In this document: piece after piece, positions 42,314 to 52,080 of the stretch | How the letters are laid out: each line of letters begins with the position of its first letter | Position numbering within the stretch: position 1 is the stretch's first letter | DNA from: Alphaproteobacteria bacterium | GTDB lineage: Bacteria; Pseudomonadota; Alphaproteobacteria; SP197 | Assembly: GCA_964291265.2 (NCBI GenBank) | Contig: OZ219747.1 | Span: 4,032,001-4,096,000, forward strand | DNA length: 64,000 nt | Reading direction: 5' to 3' | Notes under the pieces: model-generated | Told to the model about the DNA's origin: nothing | What the model saw: the letters and a program-made list of their open reading frames with translations, nothing else | Database searches by the model: none | Translations under genes and position numbers: made by a program

Positions 42314-43257
42314 TCCCGCAAGACCCTTGAACGCGGTCACGCGTTACCATCCAGGAATGAGAACGTCTCACCCCGACGCGCTTCTCAGCCTCCCCGGGAA
42401 ACCCCCGGGCCGTCCAAACGACACCGCATCACGAGACTGCCGCAGCCGCTGGCCGGACTGGCTTACAGGTCGCAGCATCCGCCCGAAAACACTCGACGCC
42501 TGCCGCACCCTGCAGGACGAATGGCGTGACCGCCTCGACAGCATCCCCGAAACCCTCCGTGACACGCCTTACGGAGAACGCCTGCAGAGCGTCGCCGATG
42601 CCGACATCGAGGCTCTCGAGGACATCGAACCGCCACGCGGCTACGGAAGGGACACGTAATCTCGCAAGACCCTTGAACGCGGTCACGCGTTACCATCCAG
42701 GAATGAGAACGTCTCACCCCGACGCGCCTCTCAGCCTCCCCGGGAAACTCCCGGGCCGTCCAAACGACACCACATCACGAGACTGCCGCAGCCGCTGAGC
42801 CGCAGCAACGTCCGATCCGCCGCCGGACTGGCTCACAGGTCGCAGCATCCGCCCGAAAACACTCGACGCCTGCCGCACCCTGCGCCGCCGCAACCGCAAC
42901 GCACGCAGCCTCTTCGCCCAGCGCAACAGAAACCGTAAGCTCTCCAGCCTCGAGATCGTCCCGCCCGACGAACCACGACGAGGCCGGAGAACGCCAGAAC
43001 GAAACCACGCGCAAAAGCCTGAAGCTCCCCTCCCACATCACGTTCCACAAACGCCGAACGCCAGAAAACGCCGACCGGAACGACATCGTCAACGTCAATG
43101 CAAGACCAATGGGATCCAACAATAGGCAGAAAACAAAGACCGGGCGGACCTTCGTCCAATGCCGCACGTTCTCCTGTCGTGGTCACCCACTCACACGATC
43201 AGCGCCCAAAAGAGCGGTTCTCCGCCAATATCCCGCCGTTCTAAATCGCCGCCGACA

Positions 43258-43463
43258 CCGAACACCTCCTTGGCGACATGCTCGCCGAAGTCGCTGCCCA
43301 GTTTCTTGAAATCCGAACCGGAGCAGGCACCCAAGGTCAGCAGGAGGACTGCCGCAACAGTCCCGGGCAGACCGGAGACTCGGGCTTTCCGGAAGCAGGA
43401 CAGGCATGACGATCCGGTTCTGAAGGTGCCGTGGAACATCTCTGCTGTCGCCTCTTGCGTCAT
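43258..43463 (-). pseudogene. 5' part of the lipoprotein gene interrupted by the IS21-like element
   Basis: Lipobox AVLLLTLGAC; the frame runs into the TSD at EVFG. Confidence 0.65.
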
Positions 43464-43564
43464 GGCTTCCACACCTGTTGTCGGCAGCCGTGGCCGCATG
43501 TCAAGCAGGAAGGCTGAGCTCTGACCGGCTTGATGAACGTCCGCGCCTGCGTGCTTATCCCCGC

Positions 43565-44611
43565 CTATCGCAGCGTGATCTCCGCCTTGCTCACGATCCG
43601 GAAGGGTCCTGCGGGAGACTCCCCGGAAACGATGAACTCTGCGCGGTAGACACCCGGTTCCCAATTCGCGGACCCTCGGCGCTTGCCGGCATAGGAGAAG
43701 TAACGCGCCCGGTCCTCGTCGATCGAATACCCGTCGCGGAACAGGATGCGGCCGTCCGGGCCGACAATGACGGTCTCGATCGACGTGCCCGAAAACGCGC
43801 CCAGCAGGACCGTGTATCCGACAAGCGCCGGCGCGGTCACCGAGGCCGTCGACGGATAGGCGCCATGCACCGCCCGCTCCTTCTCGGGAACTTCCGCCGC
43901 CAGGCCGGCGCGATGGACAATCGTCGGCGTGTAGTGCGCCGGATGTTCGGAGTCCCGCCATAGCGCCGTCTTCATCCCTCCGGAGACCGATGCGGCACAG
44001 CGCGGCGGGTCAGTTGGCGGCGCGCCAGCGAACGGATCGATCGGCCGGCCGTTCCTCTCCACCTGGAAATGCAGATGCGGAATCTCTGCCAGGCCGGAGC
44101 TTCCCGTTCGCCCCAGCTCGTCTCCTGCGGAAACCCGTGCGCCCTGGCGCACCGTGACGCTCCCGCGCTGCAGGTGGCAGTACTGGGTCGTCCAGCCATC
44201 ACCGTGGTCCAGGCGCACGCCGTTGCCGCATTCCCTGCCGTCCCGACTTGGGTCGAGACCCCGCACCGGGCTGTCCTCCATTCCGTCGCGCCATCCCACC
44301 ACCACGCCATCGGCCGCAGCGACGACAGGCAGCCGCGCACCCGGATCGACGGGCGCGATGTCCGTTCCCTCGTGCCCCTTGTAGGTCCTCAGCCCACACC
44401 GATAGTCCCGGTAGGCTGGCCCGGACTGGAGATCCATGTAAGCGAAGAACCAGCAGTCACGACCGATCTCGCAGCGTACCGGAAAGAGGAAATCCGGCGG
44501 GTCCGCCGCCTGCGCGCCCGGTCCCGCCAGGGTGGCGCAAAGCGCCGGCAGCACACCGGCGCGGCACGTGCGCCGAAGAAGCCGCGCAAGACAATTCGGT
44601 ATCTTCATCAT
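43565..44611 (-). CDS. M23-family metallopeptidase
   Basis: HEGTD, PVVAAADGVV, CGNGVRLDH, TQYCHL and PHLHF; signal peptide. Confidence 0.9.
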   Translation of the reverse strand: MMKIPNCLARLLRRTCRAGVLPALCATLAGPGAQAADPPDFLFPVRCEIGRDCWFFAYMDLQSGPAYRDYRCGLRTYKGHEGTDIAPVDPGARLPVVAAADGVVVGWRDGMEDSPVRGLDPSRDGRECGNGVRLDHGDGWTTQYCHLQRGSVTVRQGARVSAGDELGRTGSSGLAEIPHLHFQVERNGRPIDPFAGAPPTDPPRCAASVSGGMKTALWRDSEHPAHYTPTIVHRAGLAAEVPEKERAVHGAYPSTASVTAPALVGYTVLLGAFSGTSIETVIVGPDGRILFRDGYSIDEDRARYFSYAGKRRGSANWEPGVYRAEFIVSGESPAGPFRIVSKAEITLR

Positions 44612-44840
44612 CGATCCGCCGATTCCATGTGTGCCCGAGACGGTCCTCTGCATCCAGCGCGGTCGGCTGCGTGCCGAGGTCCATCGCTGCGCATCGTGCC
44701 GGATGCGGTGCCGATCACGTCGTTCAGGTCCCGGAGACTCTCGTGAGCCCAGTCGAGTTGCAGGACGCGTCTGCGGCATGCCTCGACAGGACGCCAAACC
44801 TGCCTCTGCACAGGCCGTTCCGCGTGGTCGGATACTGCCA

Positions 44841-47800
44841 TCATCGACCGGTCGCATGGTCCGGCTCGAACACAAGTTCGGGCACGACCACCTCCCAGGC
44901 GTCGCAATTCAAGGCGTCGTGGTACTTCGGGTCCGAGGCCTCGCGGCTCCAGCCCAGCACGGCGAACACTTCCGCCGAGCGACACCGTGATCCGGGCGGC
45001 GGGCTGAACGACAAGGCGAGGCGTCCGACAGGATGGCCGGTCCCGTCAAACAGGATCCAGCGGCCGTCCTGCCGGACCCGCACGTCAAGCGGGTCGCCGA
45101 TCGACAGGGCGGCCATGGCCCCGTGCACCGGATCACCTGGACGACGGCGCCCGGCGAACCCCAGATCGACATCCTGAAGGCCGGGCCGAACATGACGATA
45201 CGCTACCGCCCTCGGGCGGGGAGGAAGCGTGACGGCCTGCCGCAGGATCGTCGAAGAAGCACCGACAAGTTCGGCCTGGAAGCCTCGGGAACCTTCGAAC
45301 CCCGCCAGCGTGAGCGTACGCCGCGCCCGCGTCATGGCGACGTAGTACAGTCGGCGCGGCGCGTCGGGGTCCTCGTTGAGGCCCACGCGGCTCCAGCCTC
45401 CGTCCAGCACCGCGACATGGTCGAATTCCAGCCCCTTGGCGCGATGGGCGGTGAGCAGCAGCAGTCCCCGCTGGCGGCGGCGGATGTCCCGGCCCCACTC
45501 GGCCAGCCACTCGACGAAATGATCCACCGGGGTGTCTCCGCTCCCCGTTTCCAGCGCATGTTCCTCGACGGCCTGGCGCAGCAGGTCGTACCAGGGACCG
45601 GCGGGCCATCCGTCCACCCGGGCGCGCAGGACCATGCCGTCGACGATCCGGGGTTCCCGTTCGCGCAGCCATCGCACGAACGCCCGGGTCTCCCGCAGGC
45701 GCCAGAAACTCGGGATCTCCTCGTTCGCCATCTGCACCGGAACATCATGCGCTTCGCAGAACGCCCGTACGGGAACCAGGTATTCCCACTCGCGCGCGAT
45801 CACCGCACAGCGCGACCAGTCCCATGCGGGCGCAAGCCCGGAGAGACGTCGAAACTCCGCCATGACGGCGCATGCCTGACTGATCGGATCGCCGCCCGCC
45901 GGCAGGACTTGCACCAGCCCGCGCGAAACCGGGTCCAGCGCCGCCCACTCTCCGCCCGACGCATCCCTCTCGCGGGCGCGGTCGACGCGAATGGGATGCC
46001 CTGCCTTCATGCGGTTGCGCGCAGGATCGATGAGCGTGTTGGCCGCCTCCACGATATGGGCCGTCGAGCGGTAGTTGTCGGTCAGATAGGTGGGTTTCGC
46101 TCCGTAGTCGGCCTCGAAACGGCGGATGAACTCCACCGATGCGCCGTTGAAGGCATAGATGTTCTGATCATCGTCCCCGACCGCGAACAGGGTGAGCTTT
46201 CCCGCGTCCTCATCCAGCGTCCGGCCCGCGAGCGCGGCGATCAGTTCGTATTGCTCGGGGCCGACATCCTGGTACTCGTCGACGAGAATCCAGCGGAACC
46301 CCGCGAGCAGACGCTCGCGGCGCGCGTCCGCCTCCTCCGGCGACAACTCCTCGCCCCGGAGCAGCGCGACGGCGCGGCTCATCACGTCCTTGAAGGCCCC
46401 GTCTTCCGGCCGTTCCGAGCGTCCCGTAAAGCTCGCGCCTGCCAGACGCATGGCGAGCGCGTGGCAGGTCAGCACCGTCACGCCGCGGGCGTCGCCGCCG
46501 ATCAACTCTCCGAGCCGGCGACGGATATCGACGGCCGCGTGGCGGTTGTAGGCGAGGGCAAGTATGCCCCGGGCATTCTCCCGTCTGACGCGGATCAGCC
46601 AGGCGATGCGATGCACCAGCACGCGCGTCTTGCCCGAACCGGGCCCGGCGAGCACCAGCACGTTGGTCCGTTCCCGGCTGTCAGCCACGATGCGCTGCTG
46701 GATCGGGTTTCCCAGGCTTTCAACGATGGCGCGCCAGGATGCCGGGGTCGTCTGCCGACCGATCTCCCGATCCCGTCCGGGCAGCCAGAGGGCGAGAAAC
46801 GCCTCCTCCCCGAGCGCGAAGTAATCCATCGCCAGTCGCAGCGCCTCGCTCATGGCGGCGAGCCCGCGCTCGGCAAACTCCACCATGACATGGATCTGCA
46901 GCACCTGGCCCTTGTAGTGCAGCGCAAGAGGCTCGAAGTCGGCCCTGGTGAACCCTCGCCGGTCCCGCTTCTCCAGCCGGATCGTCATCGCCGGACGGAA
47001 CACCGCCAGCCCCTTGTTGAGGCGGATCACCTCCTGTTCGTGGAGCCAGAGCAGGGCCCGGTCCAGCAGCTTGGCCGGATTCCGGACCCTGCTCTTCAGG
47101 ACCAGATCGGACTCGATGGCCTGCAGGAGTTTGCCGAGCGTGGTCTCGGCCAGGAGATCGGTTCCGCGGCTTCCGGGCGGCAGACGATCCAGAAGATGCT
47201 CCAGAAGGCGCTCGGCCGCCTCGCGACGCAATTCGGCGGTTGTTTCGAGCGCTCCCCATTCTCGATGCAGCGTGACCCGAGCGGTCTCCGCATCCCGCTT
47301 GCGAAGCGTGAGGCTGCCCGCAGCGCCGTCGTCCTCACCGCGCCCGTCAAAGGCAATGCTCCGCATGATGCGGAACAGTCGTTCCGGCAGTGGATCGATG
47401 ACACCCCGGTCCCGCAGCACCTGGGCGGCAACGCGCAAATGAAGTGGGGCGCTGTCCCCCTTTGCGAGGTCGGGAGCGACCTCCCGCATGTGGGCGATCA
47501 GGGCGGTCTCCAGCGCGGTCGCCTCCGCGAGACGCTTGCGCGACGAGCGGTCCACGCCGGTATGGACGAACGCTGTCAGCGCCGTGTCGTTGCTGGCAAT
47601 GCCGAGCCGTTCCAGGTCGTGGAGCGCTCCCCGCACGCGTTCGGGGCTCAGCCCCGAGACCCCCATCAGTTCGTCGGTGCTCACCCCCTCGTCGGCGTCC
47701 GCGCCGATCAGGGCCTGTGTGATGCGCAGCAGCTGCCCGCGATAGGCCGCCGCGATGTCGGCCGTGGCGAGCCGACGTTCGGCCTCGTCGACCGAACTCA

Positions 47801-50009
47801 CCCTCAAGGACGACGGAAAGACCTGGACGACATTCTCGTCCCTGGTCAGGAGTTGCGACTCCTCCAGCCAGGCAAGGGCGGTGCGCACCCGGGTGTCGTC
47901 GGTCACGGAGTCGCGTTCGAACACCTTCTCATCGTCCTCGCCGAGAATTTCGCCGGCGGTCGCCACCACATCGCCGTCGAAGCGCTTCTTCCGGTCGAGA
48001 TTGCGGAGCGCCCTGAGGATCCCGTGGATTTCCTCGCGGGTCAGCCGCGAACGCGCCGACATGCCGAACTGGCGCTCGACATCGTCGGCGGAATAGAGAA
48101 GCACGCAGCGCGCCGGACTGCGATCACGTCCGGCGCGACCGGCCTCCTGCAGATAGTTTTCCAGCGATCCCGGTATGTCGGCGTGGATGACGAGCCGCAC
48201 GTCAGGCTTGTCGATTCCCATGCCGAAAGCGTTGGTCGCCGCGATCGCGCGCAGACCGCCGGCAACGAAACGCCGCTGCACGTCCTTCTTCGTCTCCGGA
48301 GGCAGGCCAGCGTGGAAGCGGTCAGCGGCAAACCCTTTCAACTGCAGGTATTCCGCAATGTCCTCGCTCTGCTGGCGCGTCGCGCAATAGACGATGGCGC
48401 CGCCCGCCATGCCGGGCGGCAGATGGGACTCCAGGATCTGGAGGATGTCGGAGAATTTCTCTCCCCCGCTGGTCGGAATCACCTCGAAGGCGAGATTGGC
48501 GCGCTCGGCCCCGCCGTTGAACACGGCCAGCTCGACACCGAGCTCCTCCCGGAAATGCCGGGCGATGTCCTCGATGACATCGGGTTTCGCGGTCGCGGTC
48601 AGGCACAGCACCGGCGGTACCGGCTCGTCGCCAGCCTTCTCGCGAATGAAACGCCCGACGTAGCGGTAGTCGGGTCGGAAGTCGTGGCCCCAGCGCGACA
48701 GGCAATGCGCCTCGTCCAGGACCCAGGCGCCGATCTGGCGCTGGTCCAGCGCCCGCCTCAGGGAGCGCGAGCGCAACTGCTCAGGCGAGATCAGCAGGAT
48801 GCCGGCGTCTCCCAACCGGATGCGGTCCAGAGCGTCGGCGCGCTCCGGCATGGACAGGAGCCCGTTGACGGTCACGCAGCAGCCGATGCCGCGCCGCTCC
48901 ATACCCGTCACCTGATCCGCCATCAGCGCCACCAGGGGCGAGATCGTGACCGTCAGCGCTCCGGTCTTGTCGTAGCGCGACAGCGCCGGGATCTGATAGC
49001 ACAGCGACTTCCCCGTGCCGGTGGGCAGGATGCCGAGCGCGTGCCGGCCGGCCATCGCCTCCTCGACGATCGCCTGCTGCAGGGATCTCCCGTCTGCGTT
49101 AGCCGGCTCGGGCCTGAAGCCGTCGAAGCCGAACCAGCGCTTCAGTTCCCTTGCGGCGTCATGACGTTCCCGGCACCACTCGCAGGCCGGATCGGCGCAG
49201 GCAGTGTCCCTGAGGCCTCGCACCAGCCGGCCGGCATCCGGAAACTGATGGCGCACCCAGGGCGGCATCACCGAATTGCCGCCGGCCACGGACAGCCAGG
49301 CGAGCGCATAGGCCAAGGACCAGCCGTGCTTTCCCGCATTCGTAATGACCTCGCGCGCCCAGGTCCTGCAGGCCGCATGTTCCAGTCTCCGCCCGATCGC
49401 CGTTTCGGCATCGGCCCTGGACGGACGGCGAGCGCGCCGGATCTTCCGGAACACCGAGTCGAGGGCGCGGTCAGCACCGTCGGCAGCCGGCGTGCACAGC
49501 CGATGCCATGCGGCAAGCAGATCCGGCGCGGTTCCTGCGAGACTCCGGGTCTCGTCCTCGAAGAGCTCCAGTGCGATACGAGCGTCCAGTTCAGGGTCGT
49601 TCACCCGCCCGCGCTTGAGGCCGCCGTCCTGATAGTGCTTGACGAGATGATGATAGGGATTGCGGGGAAAGGCGAGCGGACTGAGGCGCAGCGTGTCCAC
49701 CGCCGGGAGTTTCAGAAGCCGGAGGCCGGGCCGGGCGGCGGCGAGATGAGGAAGGTCGAAGGCGACAAGATTGTGCCCCAGCACGAACGAGGCTCCCTCG
49801 GCAAAGTCGTCGAGCCTGGTCAGTGCGGCGGCCACTCCGCTGCCCGCGTGGGTCAGACTCCGCCCGGTGTCCGCGCGCACGGCGCCAAAAGCGCGAATGC
49901 GGCAGTTCTTGTCGACCTCCAGGTCCAGAGAAAGGCAACACGTCCGGGAAATCGCGGCCACTCCAGCAGTTGGCGTTCGGTCACACGGTGACTGGGGCGA
50001 TGACAGCAC
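44841..50009 (-). CDS. Large RecQ-family helicase fused to an N-terminal DEDD-like exonuclease domain and a C-terminal UvrD-like helicase
   Basis: Exonuclease-like: DLE...GHNLVAFD...DTL. RecQ: PTGTGKSLCYQ, DEAHC, WGHDFRPDY, AFGMGIDKPDVR. UvrD: AGPGSGKT, VDEYQD, VGDDDQNIY, NYRS, HRAKGLEF, YVAMTRAR. Confidence 0.9.
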   Translation of the reverse strand: MLSSPQSPCDRTPTAGVAAISRTCCLSLDLEVDKNCRIRAFGAVRADTGRSLTHAGSGVAAALTRLDDFAEGASFVLGHNLVAFDLPHLAAARPGLRLLKLPAVDTLRLSPLAFPRNPYHHLVKHYQDGGLKRGRVNDPELDARIALELFEDETRSLAGTAPDLLAAWHRLCTPAADGADRALDSVFRKIRRARRPSRADAETAIGRRLEHAACRTWAREVITNAGKHGWSLAYALAWLSVAGGNSVMPPWVRHQFPDAGRLVRGLRDTACADPACEWCRERHDAARELKRWFGFDGFRPEPANADGRSLQQAIVEEAMAGRHALGILPTGTGKSLCYQIPALSRYDKTGALTVTISPLVALMADQVTGMERRGIGCCVTVNGLLSMPERADALDRIRLGDAGILLISPEQLRSRSLRRALDQRQIGAWVLDEAHCLSRWGHDFRPDYRYVGRFIREKAGDEPVPPVLCLTATAKPDVIEDIARHFREELGVELAVFNGGAERANLAFEVIPTSGGEKFSDILQILESHLPPGMAGGAIVYCATRQQSEDIAEYLQLKGFAADRFHAGLPPETKKDVQRRFVAGGLRAIAATNAFGMGIDKPDVRLVIHADIPGSLENYLQEAGRAGRDRSPARCVLLYSADDVERQFGMSARSRLTREEIHGILRALRNLDRKKRFDGDVVATAGEILGEDDEKVFERDSVTDDTRVRTALAWLEESQLLTRDENVVQVFPSSLRVSSVDEAERRLATADIAAAYRGQLLRITQALIGADADEGVSTDELMGVSGLSPERVRGALHDLERLGIASNDTALTAFVHTGVDRSSRKRLAEATALETALIAHMREVAPDLAKGDSAPLHLRVAAQVLRDRGVIDPLPERLFRIMRSIAFDGRGEDDGAAGSLTLRKRDAETARVTLHREWGALETTAELRREAAERLLEHLLDRLPPGSRGTDLLAETTLGKLLQAIESDLVLKSRVRNPAKLLDRALLWLHEQEVIRLNKGLAVFRPAMTIRLEKRDRRGFTRADFEPLALHYKGQVLQIHVMVEFAERGLAAMSEALRLAMDYFALGEEAFLALWLPGRDREIGRQTTPASWRAIVESLGNPIQQRIVADSRERTNVLVLAGPGSGKTRVLVHRIAWLIRVRRENARGILALAYNRHAAVDIRRRLGELIGGDARGVTVLTCHALAMRLAGASFTGRSERPEDGAFKDVMSRAVALLRGEELSPEEADARRERLLAGFRWILVDEYQDVGPEQYELIAALAGRTLDEDAGKLTLFAVGDDDQNIYAFNGASVEFIRRFEADYGAKPTYLTDNYRSTAHIVEAANTLIDPARNRMKAGHPIRVDRARERDASGGEWAALDPVSRGLVQVLPAGGDPISQACAVMAEFRRLSGLAPAWDWSRCAVIAREWEYLVPVRAFCEAHDVPVQMANEEIPSFWRLRETRAFVRWLREREPRIVDGMVLRARVDGWPAGPWYDLLRQAVEEHALETGSGDTPVDHFVEWLAEWGRDIRRRQRGLLLLTAHRAKGLEFDHVAVLDGGWSRVGLNEDPDAPRRLYYVAMTRARRTLTLAGFEGSRGFQAELVGASSTILRQAVTLPPRPRAVAYRHVRPGLQDVDLGFAGRRRPGDPVHGAMAALSIGDPLDVRVRQDGRWILFDGTGHPVGRLALSFSPPPGSRCRSAEVFAVLGWSREASDPKYHDALNCDAWEVVVPELVFEPDHATGR

Positions 50010-50697
50010 CGAGCGAATGCAGGCGAGTCCCGGGGCAATTCGTCGTTGTCACCGTCATCTTCATCATCCTCACCCTTGACCGAACGCTGACCTCCGACAG
50101 GGGCAGGATCGTGGTGTGCCAGGCAGGCTTTTCCAACCTTTCCCGCATGATACAGAAGGGATCGGTCATTGTACATTTCGCCATCGAAAGCATGGGGCTC
50201 GGCCGTCGCCCGCGGCGCAGGCGCCGGCGGGTTCTGGGCTCAGCTGCAAGACGGATCGAAAGCGCGCGGTTCCTTTGACGCTGCCGAGCGCGACGCGCGG
50301 GCAGACACCGCACCCGCGATGAGGCGCTGGGGAAACTGGTTCCGGCCAGGGCGTGCGTTCAAGAGCCGGCGCTGCCACGCTGGCCATTCCATGAAGGGAT
50401 GACAACAGACTCGGTTCGCCGTTGATCCATGGTCACGGACAACGCGCGTTCCTGCCCTGGCATCAACGTCCTCGGAGCACTTCCCATGCGACTGTGGCGG
50501 CTGCCTTGGTGGAGGCGCTGACCGCGGAGCAGACGATGAGAGCACGGGGCCGGAATCGCATGTCCGGGTCCGACAGGCCCCTTGCCGTCACGGCAACGGA
50601 ACGTCTGCATCCCATGCCACCACGTTGCCTCGGACAGGCCCCCATGTCTTCCTGACGAATCCTCTTCGGGAACGACGTCTCACCGGTCACATTCGGT

Positions 50698-51474
50698 TCA
50701 TCTGCCCATAGGCAGCTCGCGTGGAACAGGGGCTGATGGAGCCCGGATGCGGCTGCGGACCAAGGTCATGAAGTTGTCGTAGACGATGCGGGCGCTGGCG
50801 TTGAACTCCGGCATCGCGGCCGCCGCCGCCGCCGCGAGCCGCGGCAGGGCGCCGGCGCCGAGGTTGTCCTCGAGAGCACGCTTGTAGGCCGGCACTGCAG
50901 ACCACTGGCTCACCGTCTGGGAAGTGATTTCGATGTGGTACTGGAGACTGAAGGCATGCTCGCCATATCCGAGCGCCTGAGTCGCACAGGCCCCGGACTT
51001 CGCCAGCACCCGGGTTGCGGGCGGCACACCGCGAACTTCCGCGCCATGCCACTGCAGGGTGCGGTGAACCGCCGGGAGGCCCCTGAAAAGGGGGCTCGCG
51101 AGACCAGCCGGTTCAAGCTCGACTTCGAGGACGCCGATTTCCGGCTCGTCTGCCGGTCCGACCTCGCCGCCGAGGGCCTGGGCGAGGAGCTGATGACCCA
51201 GGCAGAATCCCAGGAACGGCATCCTGCGCGACACGACGGCCTCACGAATGGCCTGTCGCTCGGGCTCGAGCCACGGATGGAGCTCATCCTGCCAGACATC
51301 CATGGGACCACCCATGACCCACAGCACGTCGAAGTCCGCGAGGTCCGGAATCGCCTCCCCCTCGTCGAGCTCGACCGCGGTCCACGCGATACCATCCTCC
51401 GCAAGAAAGTCCCGGAACACGCCGGGATGCTCGATGGAGATGTGCTGGAAGACGAGGACGCGGGGCGTTGTCAC
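50698..51474 (-). CDS. Class I glutamine amidotransferase-like protein
   Basis: VMGGPM, GFCLGHQLLA, WHG and LQYHIE triad. The start codon is uncertain. Confidence 0.88.
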   Translation of the reverse strand: MTTPRVLVFQHISIEHPGVFRDFLAEDGIAWTAVELDEGEAIPDLADFDVLWVMGGPMDVWQDELHPWLEPERQAIREAVVSRRMPFLGFCLGHQLLAQALGGEVGPADEPEIGVLEVELEPAGLASPLFRGLPAVHRTLQWHGAEVRGVPPATRVLAKSGACATQALGYGEHAFSLQYHIEITSQTVSQWSAVPAYKRALEDNLGAGALPRLAAAAAAAMPEFNASARIVYDNFMTLVRSRIRAPSAPVPRELPMGR

Positions 51475-51499
51475 GGTGCGCGCCTTGTCTGTCCCATGA

Positions 51500-52030
51500 T
51501 CAGGGATCGTTCCACGGAGAACTCGACTTGCGCGAGTAGTTCGCATCGCCATCGAGTATCTGCCGTTCGACCTCGACCCAGTTCTCGCGGCCTGTGGTCA
51601 CACCGGCCTCGACGCCGTTGTCGACCCATGTCTTGCGGACCTTCGCATTCCAGTTGAGAAACAGCTGGTCCTCGTGGACGGTCCAGGCCTGTTCCGGATC
51701 GACCTCGGCCGCGTACGCGCCTTGCGACAGGGCATAGGCACACCAGCCGCCGAACTGAGGAGCGTAGGCTTCGGGATCGCCGGCGAAGAGGTCGCGGTTG
51801 GCAACCGATGCAAAGTGCCAGGTGGCCCCCTGCCAGTCGTGGGAGAACTCCGCCGATCCCATGACGGCGCGATTCTCCGTGAAGTAGGCCACGGTATCCC
51901 AGCCACCGATGGCCACCCCCTCAGGCGTGATGTTGACCGAGGTCTGCGTCTCTGCCTGAACGTGACCGCTCACGGCGAGGGCGAACACGACCAGAAGTGC
52001 ATTCAGAGCCTTGCGGCGCGTCATGACCAT
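51500..52030 (-). CDS. YHS-domain periplasmic protein
   Basis: Signal peptide, AIGGWDTVAYF, WHFASVANRDLF and YAPQFGGWCAYA. Confidence 0.88.
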   Translation of the reverse strand: MVMTRRKALNALLVVFALAVSGHVQAETQTSVNITPEGVAIGGWDTVAYFTENRAVMGSAEFSHDWQGATWHFASVANRDLFAGDPEAYAPQFGGWCAYALSQGAYAAEVDPEQAWTVHEDQLFLNWNAKVRKTWVDNGVEAGVTTGRENWVEVERQILDGDANYSRKSSSPWNDP

Positions 52031-52080
52031 CTCCCGCTTGTCAGGTCCATGGAGTGTAGCAGATCATGCAAGGGATCCTG

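Larger units (their letters stand above)
26043..43257 (+). mobile_element. IS21-like primase-encoding transposon, outer copy, containing two nested copies and an internal duplication
   Basis: Left end TGTTGATGGCTGCATAGAACGGCGGGAT; right end inverse TGTCGGCGGCGATTTAGAACGGCGGGAT. 5-bp TSD CCGAA at 26038-26042 and 43258-43262. Confidence 0.93.

Noticed and set aside
26043-43257. Repeated IS21 block as a pure assembly artefact
   Set aside because: Each copy has its own TSD and private SNPs or indels. Read-level confirmation is still advisable, especially at 34700.
45033-49991. 1652-aa + strand ORF and similar long antisense ORFs (e.g. 14149-15672, 28466-30109, 54159-55775, 59492-60988)
   Set aside because: These are shadow ORFs of GC-rich genes on the opposite strand and show no recognisable motifs.
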